Shown here: positions 1 to 9,328 of the stretch, in pieces
Numbering within the stretch: position 1 is the stretch's first letter
Layout: every line of letters starts with the position of its first letter
DNA from: a virus
Lineage: Duplodnaviria; Caudoviricetes
Virus record (IMG/VR): IMGVR_UViG_3300033153_006092
Span: 1 to 50,021 of that record
Direction: 5' to 3' (one strand)
Length of the DNA stretch: 50,021 nucleotides
Position numbers and translations under genes: made by a program
Notes under the pieces: model-generated
Seen by the model: only the letters and a program-made list of their open reading frames with translations
Databases searched by the model: none
What the model was told of the DNA's origin: nothing

Positions 1-95
1 TGACATTCTATACACTGAGGCAAGTTCCGCAGATGCTGGTGTTGATATTCGTATCGGTCGCTACCAGGATGGCGTGGCCCTGGATGACGATTATT
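1..95. repeat. Terminal direct repeat, copy 1 (circular assembly overlap)
   Basis: Bases 1-95 are identical to 49927-50021, and the tailspike reading frame runs through the junction. Confidence 0.95.
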
Positions 96-274
96 TCGAT
101 ATTACAACATCGGAAACGAGCAAAAATTTAGGCTATAAGAAACGCATTGATACTGCCAGTCTCACGCATTATCAACTTGCCGCCGGTGACGCGGTAACAG
201 TGGGAACTGCTGGCGGGAAAGTAGGAACTGGCGAGGTGCGTATAGTGTTATACTTTGTTTTAAGTGCACAATAA
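1..274 (+). CDS. C-terminal end of the tailspike protein, continuing from 48899-50021 across the junction
   Basis: The frame ...YDILYTEASSADAGVDIRIGRYQDGVALDDDYF...VLYFVLSAQ* is continuous with the ORF running off the right end; the listed 74..274 ORF is its tail. Confidence 0.85.
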   Translation, partial: DILYTEASSADAGVDIRIGRYQDGVALDDDYFDITTSETSKNLGYKKRIDTASLTHYQLAAGDAVTVGTAGGKVGTGEVRIVLYFVLSAQ

Positions 275-558
275 TGACAGTGAGGGCTTTAATGACTGAG
301 GAAGAAAGAATATTTATAGAAGGTTTATTTGATAACTTAAAAGAAGATATAAAAGAACTAAGGGGCGATGTAAAAAACTTGCCTTGTAGTGAGAGGGGTG
401 AGAGATTAAGTACATTAGAGGCTGTTCAAACTGCTAAAGATAAATACAATGATATAGCAAGGGAAAATAAAACACTTAGTATTAGAAAATGTCTTTTACT
501 ATTTGCTGTTTTTCAGCTTATATATATGGCGGTTAATTTATGGGTGAGTGCAAGATGA
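274..558 (+). CDS. Coiled-coil protein with C-terminal transmembrane helix (holin/XhlA-like lysis accessory)
   Basis: Heptad N-terminal part, hydrophobic CLLLFAVFQLIYMAVNLWV, position directly after the tail gene. Confidence 0.5.
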   Translation: MTVRALMTEEERIFIEGLFDNLKEDIKELRGDVKNLPCSERGERLSTLEAVQTAKDKYNDIARENKTLSIRKCLLLFAVFQLIYMAVNLWVSAR

Positions 559-1052
559 TGGATTTTGATATTTTAGCAGGTACAGGTAAACTTATTATAG
601 ACAATAAACATAGTTGGGGTGATCAACTTAGGATTGTTAATAAGTATAGTTATTGCCTAAAAATATTAAGGTTGAAATATCCTAATATAAAAGGTAGTTA
701 TCATAAACATCTTAAAAAGAGAGAAACGTGGTTTGTATTAGAAGGGGTTGTGTATGTTAAAATTCTTAGAAATGAATCTGATGGTATCGAATATTTAACT
801 TTATATCCTGGTGATAAATTAGATATAAGTGATGATAAACCTCACCAATTTTGGTGTTCTGTGCCGTCTATAATTATTGAAGTTTCTACCCATGATAATG
901 ATAAAGATACTTATAGGTATAATGAAAAGGATGGGGAGTTTTATAATGAAGATGGTGATAAATATATTTCTAAAAAGGATCAAATGAAGGCGTGGCATAA
1001 AGAGTTAGAAAATGATTATAGAAAACATATATTAGGATTTCCAAAACCATGA
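555..1052 (+). CDS. Cupin-fold protein (sugar/mannose-6-phosphate isomerase-like)
   Basis: Cupin motifs SYHKHLKKRETWFVLEG and LYPGDKLDI...PHQF...IIEVSTH; ATGA overlap with the upstream gene. Confidence 0.75.
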   Translation: MMDFDILAGTGKLIIDNKHSWGDQLRIVNKYSYCLKILRLKYPNIKGSYHKHLKKRETWFVLEGVVYVKILRNESDGIEYLTLYPGDKLDISDDKPHQFWCSVPSIIIEVSTHDNDKDTYRYNEKDGEFYNEDGDKYISKKDQMKAWHKELENDYRKHILGFPKP

Positions 1053-1237
1053 CAAAAGAACCATTGGGTTTACCAAAAGGTAGTATACGGGCAATAATAG
1101 CAGTACTGATTGTTGTGTCAGTAATTGTTGCAATTTTTATAGGTGAATCAGAAAGCGTTAAATCTCTTACTCCTATTGCCGGTATGGTAATTGGGTATTA
1201 CTTTGCACAAAGATCAAATAATAAAACAGGAGACTAA
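1049..1237 (+). CDS. Small two-TM membrane protein, putative holin
   Basis: PLGLPKGSIRA followed by two hydrophobic segments ending GYYF and a polar tail. Confidence 0.55.
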   Translation: MTKEPLGLPKGSIRAIIAVLIVVSVIVAIFIGESESVKSLTPIAGMVIGYYFAQRSNNKTGD

Positions 1238-1239
1238 AA

Positions 1240-2169
1240 ATGTTTTACAAAAAAGCGGATGGTAGTATTATAGATGAACAAGGAAATGCGGTCACAAATA
1301 TTGTATTAAACACAGATGGTAGTTATACAGATTCAGAAGGTAAAGTTGTTGAGGTACAAACAGAGGCATCTGCTCAACCAACAATAGCAGATTTACAAAA
1401 TGAGTTAATTGAGGTAAAACGGCAAAATACTTTATTGAAAGGGAAAGCGCAAGATTTTGATGTATTGATGCAGGATAGGGAATTTGCCCAATGGGCGTTA
1501 GATAGAAGTCAACGTGATCTATCTAATAAACCAACACAGCAGGTTCAGCAACCTGTAAATCAACAACAGCCAAATGATAATCCATTTGCAGAATACCAAG
1601 ATGCCGAAGGTTTGCAAACATTGACTAATACAATTACCCAGAATGTATTAGATGCAATTAGCCCACGTTTTGAAGCAATAGATAAAACAATAGGTCAGAA
1701 GTTTGAACCATTATTGCAAAATCTTTCACAAAATAGAATTGAAGCTGATTTTAATGCTTTAGTACAACAGGCTGCAACCAATAAAGAATTTTATCCTATT
1801 GATCCTACTTCGATTAGAAAACAAATAGATTATGAAAGGCAAAAAAATCCTAATTTAAATATGCAACAGGCGTATGATTTAACTTGTGCAACAATGAATA
1901 GAGAGGGGTTAATAACTCGACCTCCTATTCAGACAATGGGAAGCGGTTCTCAGGAAGGTGGTCAAGGAGGAAATATATTAACTAGACCTGCTGGTGGGCA
2001 AACCACTATAAAAGCTGATGCAGGTAAATCAACGTTGGACAAGGCATTAGACGCTAAAAATAAAGGTGGTGATGAAAATCAAAGGCGTAGTGTCAATGAT
2101 ATTATAGCTGAGGCTGCTAAACAGATGGAAGATAGTGGCAACCCGATTGATATTAGTGAATTATCTTAG
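1240..2169 (+). CDS. Putative capsid scaffolding protein
   Basis: Acidic, Q-rich, helical/low-complexity protein immediately upstream of the major capsid gene. Confidence 0.6.
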   Translation: MFYKKADGSIIDEQGNAVTNIVLNTDGSYTDSEGKVVEVQTEASAQPTIADLQNELIEVKRQNTLLKGKAQDFDVLMQDREFAQWALDRSQRDLSNKPTQQVQQPVNQQQPNDNPFAEYQDAEGLQTLTNTITQNVLDAISPRFEAIDKTIGQKFEPLLQNLSQNRIEADFNALVQQAATNKEFYPIDPTSIRKQIDYERQKNPNLNMQQAYDLTCATMNREGLITRPPIQTMGSGSQEGGQGGNILTRPAGGQTTIKADAGKSTLDKALDAKNKGGDENQRRSVNDIIAEAAKQMEDSGNPIDISELS

Positions 2170-2180
2170 GAGTAAAAATA

Positions 2181-3308
2181 ATGATACTGTTATTGGCTAT
2201 TTCTCTTATTGCATTTGGTATACTACTAAGTGTAGCTACCGCATATGCAGATATAACACAAGGCCAAAAAGATGAACTTCTAGCCACCACTTTACAGCTA
2301 CAAGAAACTGAGTTAATTAAACATACCTATTTGGAAAATCCTATATATGTTTTCTTTTCTAATAGTAGATATACTAAAAAAGTAAAAGGTGGTCATGAAA
2401 TTCGGTTTCCGGTTGTACTTGATAAATCGGACACTTTTGATTGGTTTGGTGTTGGAAGTACATTTAATCCACAACCTAAAAAGATATTAGGTTGGTCACA
2501 TACGGAATTAAAACAGGGTGCAGGTCATGTTACTTTTGAAGATGTAGAATTGTGGCAAGCCAGTGGCCCTGGTAATTTTGTAGGAATGGTAGAAGCAAAG
2601 ACTGAGGAACTTGAACAGTCTATAGGCGAGTCATTGAATTTGACTGCTTGGGGAGATGGAACAGAGGATGGTGGATTAGCACCTACTGGTTTGACTGGTC
2701 ATATTCCTAATCCGCCTACAAGTGGTACATATATGGGTCATGATTTGTCTACAGAAAATTGGGGTAGATGTTGGTATAATGATAATGAGACTATTGGCCC
2801 ACATTCATTGACAAGCCCAACTGGTAATGCCCCGCATACAGAAGGTGCAATAGGAGATATAAGTGATAGATATCCACTTATAATAGATTCTCTTAACCTT
2901 ATGTATGCTTCATGTGTTAGTAATAGTGATAATAAAAGTGATATTTTTCATATTACCGATTTGCAGACACAATTGTGGTATAAACAAATTCCATTTAGAT
3001 GCCCCGGTTTTGATATAGGTGTAACAGAGGGGCCATTTAATATTGGAATTGAAACTGCTCATTTTATGGGTTCGCCAATTATTCCAGATACAGTTGATAA
3101 TGGTGCAATAGAAGGCGAGTGGCGTATGGTTAATATGCGGTATTACAATATGTATATTGACACTGACCATTTCTTCAAATGGGTTGGGCCACGTTCTCCT
3201 TATAATGCTCTAAGAACTTCAAAGTATCTGGTTGTGCGTTTCCAATGGGTTAACAAATTCCCAAGAAAGCAAGGGCTTTTAGTCGGAATAGCTACTTGGC
3301 AGGCTTAA
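2181..3308 (+). CDS. Major capsid protein (HK97-type) with a 23-aa N-terminal hydrophobic leader
   Basis: ELLATTL...NP...KKVKGGHEIRFPV, LNLTAWGDGT...PTGL, FMGSPIIPD, RKQGLL resemble podoviral MCP motifs; synteny scaffold-MCP-decoration; AGGAG RBS before the ATG. Confidence 0.8.
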   Translation: MILLLAISLIAFGILLSVATAYADITQGQKDELLATTLQLQETELIKHTYLENPIYVFFSNSRYTKKVKGGHEIRFPVVLDKSDTFDWFGVGSTFNPQPKKILGWSHTELKQGAGHVTFEDVELWQASGPGNFVGMVEAKTEELEQSIGESLNLTAWGDGTEDGGLAPTGLTGHIPNPPTSGTYMGHDLSTENWGRCWYNDNETIGPHSLTSPTGNAPHTEGAIGDISDRYPLIIDSLNLMYASCVSNSDNKSDIFHITDLQTQLWYKQIPFRCPGFDIGVTEGPFNIGIETAHFMGSPIIPDTVDNGAIEGEWRMVNMRYYNMYIDTDHFFKWVGPRSPYNALRTSKYLVVRFQWVNKFPRKQGLLVGIATWQA

Positions 3309-3320
3309 CTGGAGGATATT

Positions 3321-4193
3321 ATGGGTCAGAAATTTGAACAAAAACGAAACGAGGTTACATTTCAATATAATCTTGACCAATGTGAAACTTGGACAAATTA
3401 TATTACGTACCCTCAGAGATTTGCTGGTATGCGAGTCGGTGCTGATCGTTGGGAAAATGCCATGATGGGCGATGGTGTTTATAGACGTATTAGAGTAAAT
3501 GGGTTGGCAAAGTTTAGATGGGTATGCAACCGTTCTGGTAATACGCTCACAAGAGGGACTTTGGTTTCTTTTAAGAGGGCTACTTGGACAGCAACTAGTG
3601 GTTCTACTTCTACGGTTGTTGCCGCAGTTGGGTCATTTGTAGAAGATGAAAATCTGTGGGATAATTTAATTGTTTTGCAAGATGCTGGTGGTGCCGGTGC
3701 GGCACCTGAAGGTGAAGCCGGTATTATAGTAAAGGCAAAACTTAATACCGCAGAGACACATATTACTTTTACTTGTAGAACACCCGCCGCTAGTGGATTA
3801 TTCTCTGCGGCACCAGCTGCAGGTGATACTGGTGTTATTCGTTCTCGTTATAATATTATACCAATAACTGCTACAGATGGGATAGAGCAATTTGCTGGTG
3901 TGGTTGTTAGAGAAGATGGCATACCTGATAATTCATTTGGTTGGGTATGTTATGAAGCCGATGAAATTGAGATTAAATTGAAGGCTGGTACTGGTGTAAC
4001 AGCTAATCTTGGATTTATGGCTGCTGACGATGCTGACGGTTCCACTATAGCAAAGGCGAGAATAATAAATTCAACTGGTACTGACCTTGTTGGCGGTAAG
4101 GTACTTGGTACTGTATTGGAAACTATTGCCAATGATATTGCTGCTGATGTTGCTTGGTGTAGATTGAAGGCAGTTGGTGCTGACGAAGCATAG
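3321..4193 (+). CDS. Putative capsid decoration/cement protein
   Basis: Follows the MCP with a GGAGG RBS; G/A-rich; GVVV...IPDNSFGWV motif typical of cement proteins; followed by a hairpin. Confidence 0.6.
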   Translation: MGQKFEQKRNEVTFQYNLDQCETWTNYITYPQRFAGMRVGADRWENAMMGDGVYRRIRVNGLAKFRWVCNRSGNTLTRGTLVSFKRATWTATSGSTSTVVAAVGSFVEDENLWDNLIVLQDAGGAGAAPEGEAGIIVKAKLNTAETHITFTCRTPAASGLFSAAPAAGDTGVIRSRYNIIPITATDGIEQFAGVVVREDGIPDNSFGWVCYEADEIEIKLKAGTGVTANLGFMAADDADGSTIAKARIINSTGTDLVGGKVLGTVLETIANDIAADVAWCRLKAVGADEA

Positions 4194-4203
4194 ATGTATT
4201 TGA

Positions 4204-4225
4204 CGGGGCGGCTTTTGTCGCCCCG
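4204..4225 (+). terminator. Stem-loop after the capsid genes
   Basis: CGGGGCGGC-TTTT-GTCGCCCCG GC-rich hairpin; no strong U-tract. Confidence 0.5.
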
Positions 4226-4245
4226 CAACAACTTGGAGAATATAA

Positions 4246-4851
4246 ATGGACGATAAATTAGCGGTTAAAAATGCGGAAATTGTTATAGTGAAGGGTACTC
4301 AAGAACCGCCTGTTGGAAAGTTGTATTATGGTTTACCATTAGAAAACGGTTTGACTCCAGTGATGATGCGAAGAGTTAGACGATCTGGGAAAAATAAGAA
4401 AATATCTGATAGAGTGGTATGGTATGAAAAGAAGATAATGCAAGAGAATGGGTTAGTAGTGCCATTAAGGGCGCATATAGTAGTTGCGCCAACAGAAAAA
4501 GAAATAGAGGCAAACGCCCTTTATCCAGTAGCAATATTTAATATCAGCCGTGCTAGATTTGATGGTATAATGAGAATAAAAAGGTGGAAAACTTTTCCTT
4601 TTTTAAATGATAATGGAGTACCCTATATGGTAACTAACGGAATATTAAAACCATTTTCGTTTGTAATTGTAAATAATAATTATATTCCCAATGAGCTACC
4701 AAACGGGAATACAGATGATGGAAATTGGCAAGTTGGTGCGCCTGTAACAGGCCAATATATAATAGAGTTCTTTAACAACTTAATAGAAAAAGCTAAACCA
4801 TTAGTTTATTCTACACAGGTTGCTAAAGCAATAGAGGCTAAAACAGAATAA
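4246..4851 (+). CDS. Hypothetical protein
   Basis: 201-aa ORF with GGAG RBS, coupled to the next gene. Confidence 0.6.
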   Translation: MDDKLAVKNAEIVIVKGTQEPPVGKLYYGLPLENGLTPVMMRRVRRSGKNKKISDRVVWYEKKIMQENGLVVPLRAHIVVAPTEKEIEANALYPVAIFNISRARFDGIMRIKRWKTFPFLNDNGVPYMVTNGILKPFSFVIVNNNYIPNELPNGNTDDGNWQVGAPVTGQYIIEFFNNLIEKAKPLVYSTQVAKAIEAKTE

Positions 4852-5204
4852 TGATATTGACAATAGGAAAACAAAGAGCGGCATCTGTATTAACTAACAA
4901 TTCGTATATTACTCATCTTGCGGTAGGTGATGATGATACGGATGAGACAGCTGGTGATTTAGCTCTCGGTAATGAGATATACCGAGTTGCTTTAACTACG
5001 GTATCACAGAATGATCAGGTATGTTGGGGCGTTGCTACTATAACAGCTAGTGATATTGGTGCTGGTTCTTATACTATTAAAGAGTTCGGTTTTGTCGATG
5101 CGGCAAGTGGAGGCCATTTTCAATGCAGAGTGGTGTTAGATACAGGAATAACTATAACAGGCGCTCAGAAACTAATAATAGTATGGGGCGAAGTGTTTCC
5201 GTAA
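4851..5204 (+). CDS. Virion structural protein, tail-collar/fibre-attachment-like domain
   Basis: ITHLAVGD...LALGNEIYR...TIKEFGFVDAASGG pattern. Confidence 0.55.
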   Translation: MILTIGKQRAASVLTNNSYITHLAVGDDDTDETAGDLALGNEIYRVALTTVSQNDQVCWGVATITASDIGAGSYTIKEFGFVDAASGGHFQCRVVLDTGITITGAQKLIIVWGEVFP

Positions 5205-6172
5205 TAGAGAGAATAACCCGAGGTTTTGGTGATGGGATAATGCTTCGTCCTGCTATTATTGGATATATGAAAAAGTACCCTACTTATGATGTTAAGTTAC
5301 ATATAAGAGAACCAGAAGCATGTGTGTTTGAGGATATTGAAGGTTTAGATATTGTACCTATATCAACATTTTCTAAAAGTAAATCGGTTATAAGTGATAA
5401 AGATTCTATTACTAGAGCCAAAAGAAATAGATTAAAGCGTTATAATTATTCTAAACAACTTATAGAAGGTTATAATAATCCTATTATATATAGAGTATCC
5501 GAATCTTGCGCCAAGTATGAAATGGAACATATAGATAATGTTGATAAGTCTAGGCAAGAAATTTTTTGTGATGAACTTAATGTACAATTTGATATGGCAA
5601 ATTACAATGTTAAATTTTCTTTAGAAGAAGAACAATTTGCAGATGATTTTCTTGGTGGTATAAGTAGAGCTATTGGTATTCATATACAAACTGCAGATAG
5701 TTGGCGTGATTATAGATATATGTATTTAAGAAAGCGCCAAACAAAAATGTGGGATTTGGTAGATTATATAGCCAAAAGATTTAATGGTTATATAATAACT
5801 TTTGACAAAGATTGTAAATATGAAGGGAGGCAAAAGAATGTAAAATCTTTGGCTAATGTAACGTTTAGGCAGGCATGGGTTGTAATGTCTAGGATGCTTT
5901 TAGGTATTGGCCCAGATTCTGCTGGAATTCATGCTTTTGGTTCGACATTTGTTCCAACTTACGGATTATTTGGCCCGACTAATCCTAGACACAGGATGCT
6001 TTATCCTTACGTTGGTTGGCCAGATAAAGGAGATTGTCCATTTGGTAAACAATATTGTTGGTATAATTATTGTCAAAATAATGGAAAACCAATGGTATAT
6101 TGTTTGAATAGGCGGTCAGTTAAATACTATTGGGATGATATAAAGCGGAAAATGGGGAGGTTTATAAAATGA
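5183..6172 (+). CDS. Glycosyltransferase family 9 (heptosyltransferase-like)
   Basis: N-terminal RGFGDGIM; C-terminal IGPDSAGIHAFG...PTYGLFGPTNP. Start estimated. Confidence 0.85.
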   Translation: MGRSVSVIERITRGFGDGIMLRPAIIGYMKKYPTYDVKLHIREPEACVFEDIEGLDIVPISTFSKSKSVISDKDSITRAKRNRLKRYNYSKQLIEGYNNPIIYRVSESCAKYEMEHIDNVDKSRQEIFCDELNVQFDMANYNVKFSLEEEQFADDFLGGISRAIGIHIQTADSWRDYRYMYLRKRQTKMWDLVDYIAKRFNGYIITFDKDCKYEGRQKNVKSLANVTFRQAWVVMSRMLLGIGPDSAGIHAFGSTFVPTYGLFGPTNPRHRMLYPYVGWPDKGDCPFGKQYCWYNYCQNNGKPMVYCLNRRSVKYYWDDIKRKMGRFIK

Positions 6173-6852
6173 GATTTTTTAGGCGGTCACAGGTAAAACA
6201 AAGTTATATATCTTATGTTTCAGAGCGGTCTGTTAGAGGTTTACATGATACAATTTTAAGAACTGAAGAACCAAAATATTGTTTAGAAATAGGTTTGAAT
6301 GGTAAAAGTGAAGATTGTATTACATTAGATCTTGGTTCAAAAGCTGATATAGTTGGAGATATTAGAGGTGCTTTTGCACAACATGGTGGATATAAACCTG
6401 TTGAAGAAATTGAAAAATTGCCATTAGATTATTTTCATCTTATTAAAGCGGTGCATGTTATTGAGCATATAGAATGGTTGTATCAACAAGTAATGTTTGA
6501 CTGGTTTTTTGATTTAATTGCACCAGGCCACTATCTTTATGTAGATACGCCAAACTTAGATTATATTATTGAGATATATAATAATGGTATTCAGTCCATG
6601 AATAAAGGTAACAAGTTAGAATATCCAATGTCTGACCATCCAGATTTTACAAAAGATAGGTATATAGAGAATTTTACACCATGGGTTAATTATAAGATAT
6701 TTAGTGGTTGTAGTCCTGGTGATTATCATCATACCTGTTTGAATAGTATTTGGTTGGGTAATCTTCTACATGCCGCTGGTTTTGAAAATATAAAAATACA
6801 TAGTGGTAGGTCATTGATTGCTATTGCTATGCGACCGAAGGAGAGCTTGTAA
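6169..6852 (+). CDS. Class I SAM-dependent methyltransferase-like protein
   Basis: CLEIG, ADIVGDI, HVIEHI, LIAPGHYLYVDTPNL. Confidence 0.75.
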   Translation: MRFFRRSQVKQSYISYVSERSVRGLHDTILRTEEPKYCLEIGLNGKSEDCITLDLGSKADIVGDIRGAFAQHGGYKPVEEIEKLPLDYFHLIKAVHVIEHIEWLYQQVMFDWFFDLIAPGHYLYVDTPNLDYIIEIYNNGIQSMNKGNKLEYPMSDHPDFTKDRYIENFTPWVNYKIFSGCSPGDYHHTCLNSIWLGNLLHAAGFENIKIHSGRSLIAIAMRPKESL

Positions 6853-8285
6853 TGGCTATTAAATTAAATTGCGGTGCAGGCGGAGTTATTCTTTCAAAAG
6901 AAGATGGTTGGATAAATATTGATATTAGGCAATTAGATGGTATAGACCTGGTATTAGATTTGGAAAACAATGATTTTCCATACGAAGATAATTCGGTAGA
7001 TGAAATTAGGTTACAAGATTTTTTAGAACATTTGAGTAAAGATAGGCAATTACCGTTTTTAAATGAAGTACATAGAGTAATGAAATTAAATGGTAAATTA
7101 TTTATTCAGTTACCAGATTTGGAAACATTATCTAAACGGTATTGTAATGTTTTAGAAAACCCTACTAAGCTACAACACCCTTTAGATGCCTATCAATTAT
7201 CGAGTGCTTTATATGGTGGACAGGAATATGAAGGGAATTTTCATAAGTGGGGTTATGACCAATATACGCTTAGTCTTATATTAGAAGAAGTTGGGTTCTC
7301 AATTAGAGAGATAGGTTCTGACGGTGGTCAAAATTTGTTATGCCATGCTCAGAAAAGTCCTGCCGCATTTTATATAATGATTAGTGGTGGTTTGGGCGAT
7401 TGTTTACAGATATATTTCTCTAATCCACCATACTGTAATCATGAGGATTTAAAGGGAGTAAATTATTTTCCTACTGGTCAATTGTTGGCAAGTTTATGGC
7501 TTAAACGTTTGAAAAGTTTTAAGTTGAAACATCCTAATAAATCGGTGTATTTGATTATAGAATCACATAATCCTTCGGCTATAAGGTTCTTTGATAATGT
7601 ACCATATATAGAAGGTTGTATATCTAAACCTTGGGATTTACCTAAACCGTGGGAAGAAGATAAATGGAGTCAGGTGCATTTTGGTTTATACAATTTAGAA
7701 CATTCGTATAATCCAGAATTATATGAACCAGAAGAAGCCAAAGTATATTTGTCATCTTTAGAAGAAATGCAAGTAGATACTATTGTTAATAAGGGTGATT
7801 ATATTATTGTTCATCCATTTTCTGGCGTGTCTAGGGATAGGCAAGCTATTAACCAAGATCAGTATAAAGAGATTGTAAAGAAAATTATTAAGAAAGGTTT
7901 GAACGTTGTTGTTATAGGTGGTAGTTATAAGACTAATGTAGTTGGTAAGAAATATAATATAACAGAACAATTTGATATGAAGTGTGACGGTTTAATCAAT
8001 TTGGTGAATAAGAGTAGTATTGCTGTTACGGTTGAACTTATACATAGGGCAAAAGGTTTCATAGGAACTCATAGCTCTATGGTTCTTATGGCTTGGTATA
8101 AATCATTGCCAACAGTTTGTATTGTGCCAATGTACCATGATGGTGGTCAACCATGGGAAGAGTTTTTTGCCGATGAAGTTAATCCTACTACTTGGGGTAA
8201 TAGGCAACCATTTAATAAAACTGTCATGGTTGAAGATAGAGATATAGTTGATTTAGATGAAATAGTGGAGTGGGTGGTGAAATGA
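6852..8285 (+). CDS. Methyltransferase fused to a GT9-like glycosyltransferase
   Basis: KLNCGAG...GWINIDI...DFLEHL...HRVMKLNG (methyltransferase); GGLGD...IIVHPFS...GFIGTHSS (GT-B/GT9). Confidence 0.8.
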   Translation: MAIKLNCGAGGVILSKEDGWINIDIRQLDGIDLVLDLENNDFPYEDNSVDEIRLQDFLEHLSKDRQLPFLNEVHRVMKLNGKLFIQLPDLETLSKRYCNVLENPTKLQHPLDAYQLSSALYGGQEYEGNFHKWGYDQYTLSLILEEVGFSIREIGSDGGQNLLCHAQKSPAAFYIMISGGLGDCLQIYFSNPPYCNHEDLKGVNYFPTGQLLASLWLKRLKSFKLKHPNKSVYLIIESHNPSAIRFFDNVPYIEGCISKPWDLPKPWEEDKWSQVHFGLYNLEHSYNPELYEPEEAKVYLSSLEEMQVDTIVNKGDYIIVHPFSGVSRDRQAINQDQYKEIVKKIIKKGLNVVVIGGSYKTNVVGKKYNITEQFDMKCDGLINLVNKSSIAVTVELIHRAKGFIGTHSSMVLMAWYKSLPTVCIVPMYHDGGQPWEEFFADEVNPTTWGNRQPFNKTVMVEDRDIVDLDEIVEWVVK

Positions 8286-9328
8286 TATTAGGATTTTTAG
8301 GGTATGGAGAAGATAGTTTTTTCCATAGCGGAACAAATAAATGGATAGAGCCTAATGCTAACGATAGGTTTCCTAATATAGGTGTGTGGGGGCCGAATTC
8401 AAATGCTGTATATAGAAGGTTATATCCTAATGATCCATTTGTTATGTTAGTTACTAAAGACCCTAATCTTGAATTTGCTAATAGGTGTGATTTTATTATA
8501 TTTCAATCTTCTACAGGGCAAGACCCGTTATTCTTAGAACATTGCGATAAAATTGAAGTGCCTATAATTCATTGGCAACATGGTGGTTATGAAAATATGG
8601 TACAATTATCGTATGGTGCTGTTTTACGAAATAAGCAATGTATGGATAAATGTGATTTGGTTGTCACTACAGACCATAGATATGTGTCTCTTTATAAAAC
8701 GTGGACTAAAACACCTGTTATATATTGCCCGCTGCCTTATCCTGTTAATTATGCACTTAAAACTTTATCTAAAAGTGTAGATATTGAATATGATTTATTT
8801 ATACCGTATGGTATAAATATGACATATAATAATAGAAGAAATGGTTATGTCATGTCAGCGGTTGCTGATAAAATTATTACAAATGTAGAAAGTTTTAATA
8901 ATTGTTTAATGATAGATAGTGGTAATACTGATAAGTCGTGCGATTTTTTGCAACAAATGGGGTTCCAAAATATTACTATAATTGACCGTAAAAAATATAG
9001 TGAATATCTATTATCATTGAGTAGATGCAGGGTAATTATAAATTTAGATAGACACATGGCTTGTGGTAAGGTTGCTATTGATGCTGCTTTGGCTCGTAAA
9101 CCTGTTATAATGTCTAACCGAATTCCTTATGCCCAATATATATATAGTGGTATAAAATTACAAGACCCATTTGATGTTGATGCGGCATTGGCAACCGCAG
9201 AATTGATTCAACGAGGTGGGTGGGAACAGTCTTGGATAGATATGGCTTTTAACAGAGCACAGGATTTTAGTATGGAGAATGTTGGTAAGATATTGGAGGA
9301 AGCAGTTGGAAATCTTAAATTTAATTAG
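8282..9328 (+). CDS. GT-B fold glycosyltransferase (GT4-like)
   Basis: CGKVAIDAALARKPVIMS resembles the GT4 E-x7-E region; C-terminal AQDFSMENVG helix. Confidence 0.65.
   Translation: MILGFLGYGEDSFFHSGTNKWIEPNANDRFPNIGVWGPNSNAVYRRLYPNDPFVMLVTKDPNLEFANRCDFIIFQSSTGQDPLFLEHCDKIEVPIIHWQHGGYENMVQLSYGAVLRNKQCMDKCDLVVTTDHRYVSLYKTWTKTPVIYCPLPYPVNYALKTLSKSVDIEYDLFIPYGINMTYNNRRNGYVMSAVADKIITNVESFNNCLMIDSGNTDKSCDFLQQMGFQNITIIDRKKYSEYLLSLSRCRVIINLDRHMACGKVAIDAALARKPVIMSNRIPYAQYIYSGIKLQDPFDVDAALATAELIQRGGWEQSWIDMAFNRAQDFSMENVGKILEEAVGNLKFN

Noticed and set aside
1-95. Terminal repeat as a biological DTR or att site
   Set aside because: It falls mid-gene and is k-mer sized; best explained as assembler overlap of a circular contig.
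1240-4193. Stop-codon reassignment
   Set aside because: TAG, TGA and TAA all end genes cleanly and coding density is high under the standard code.
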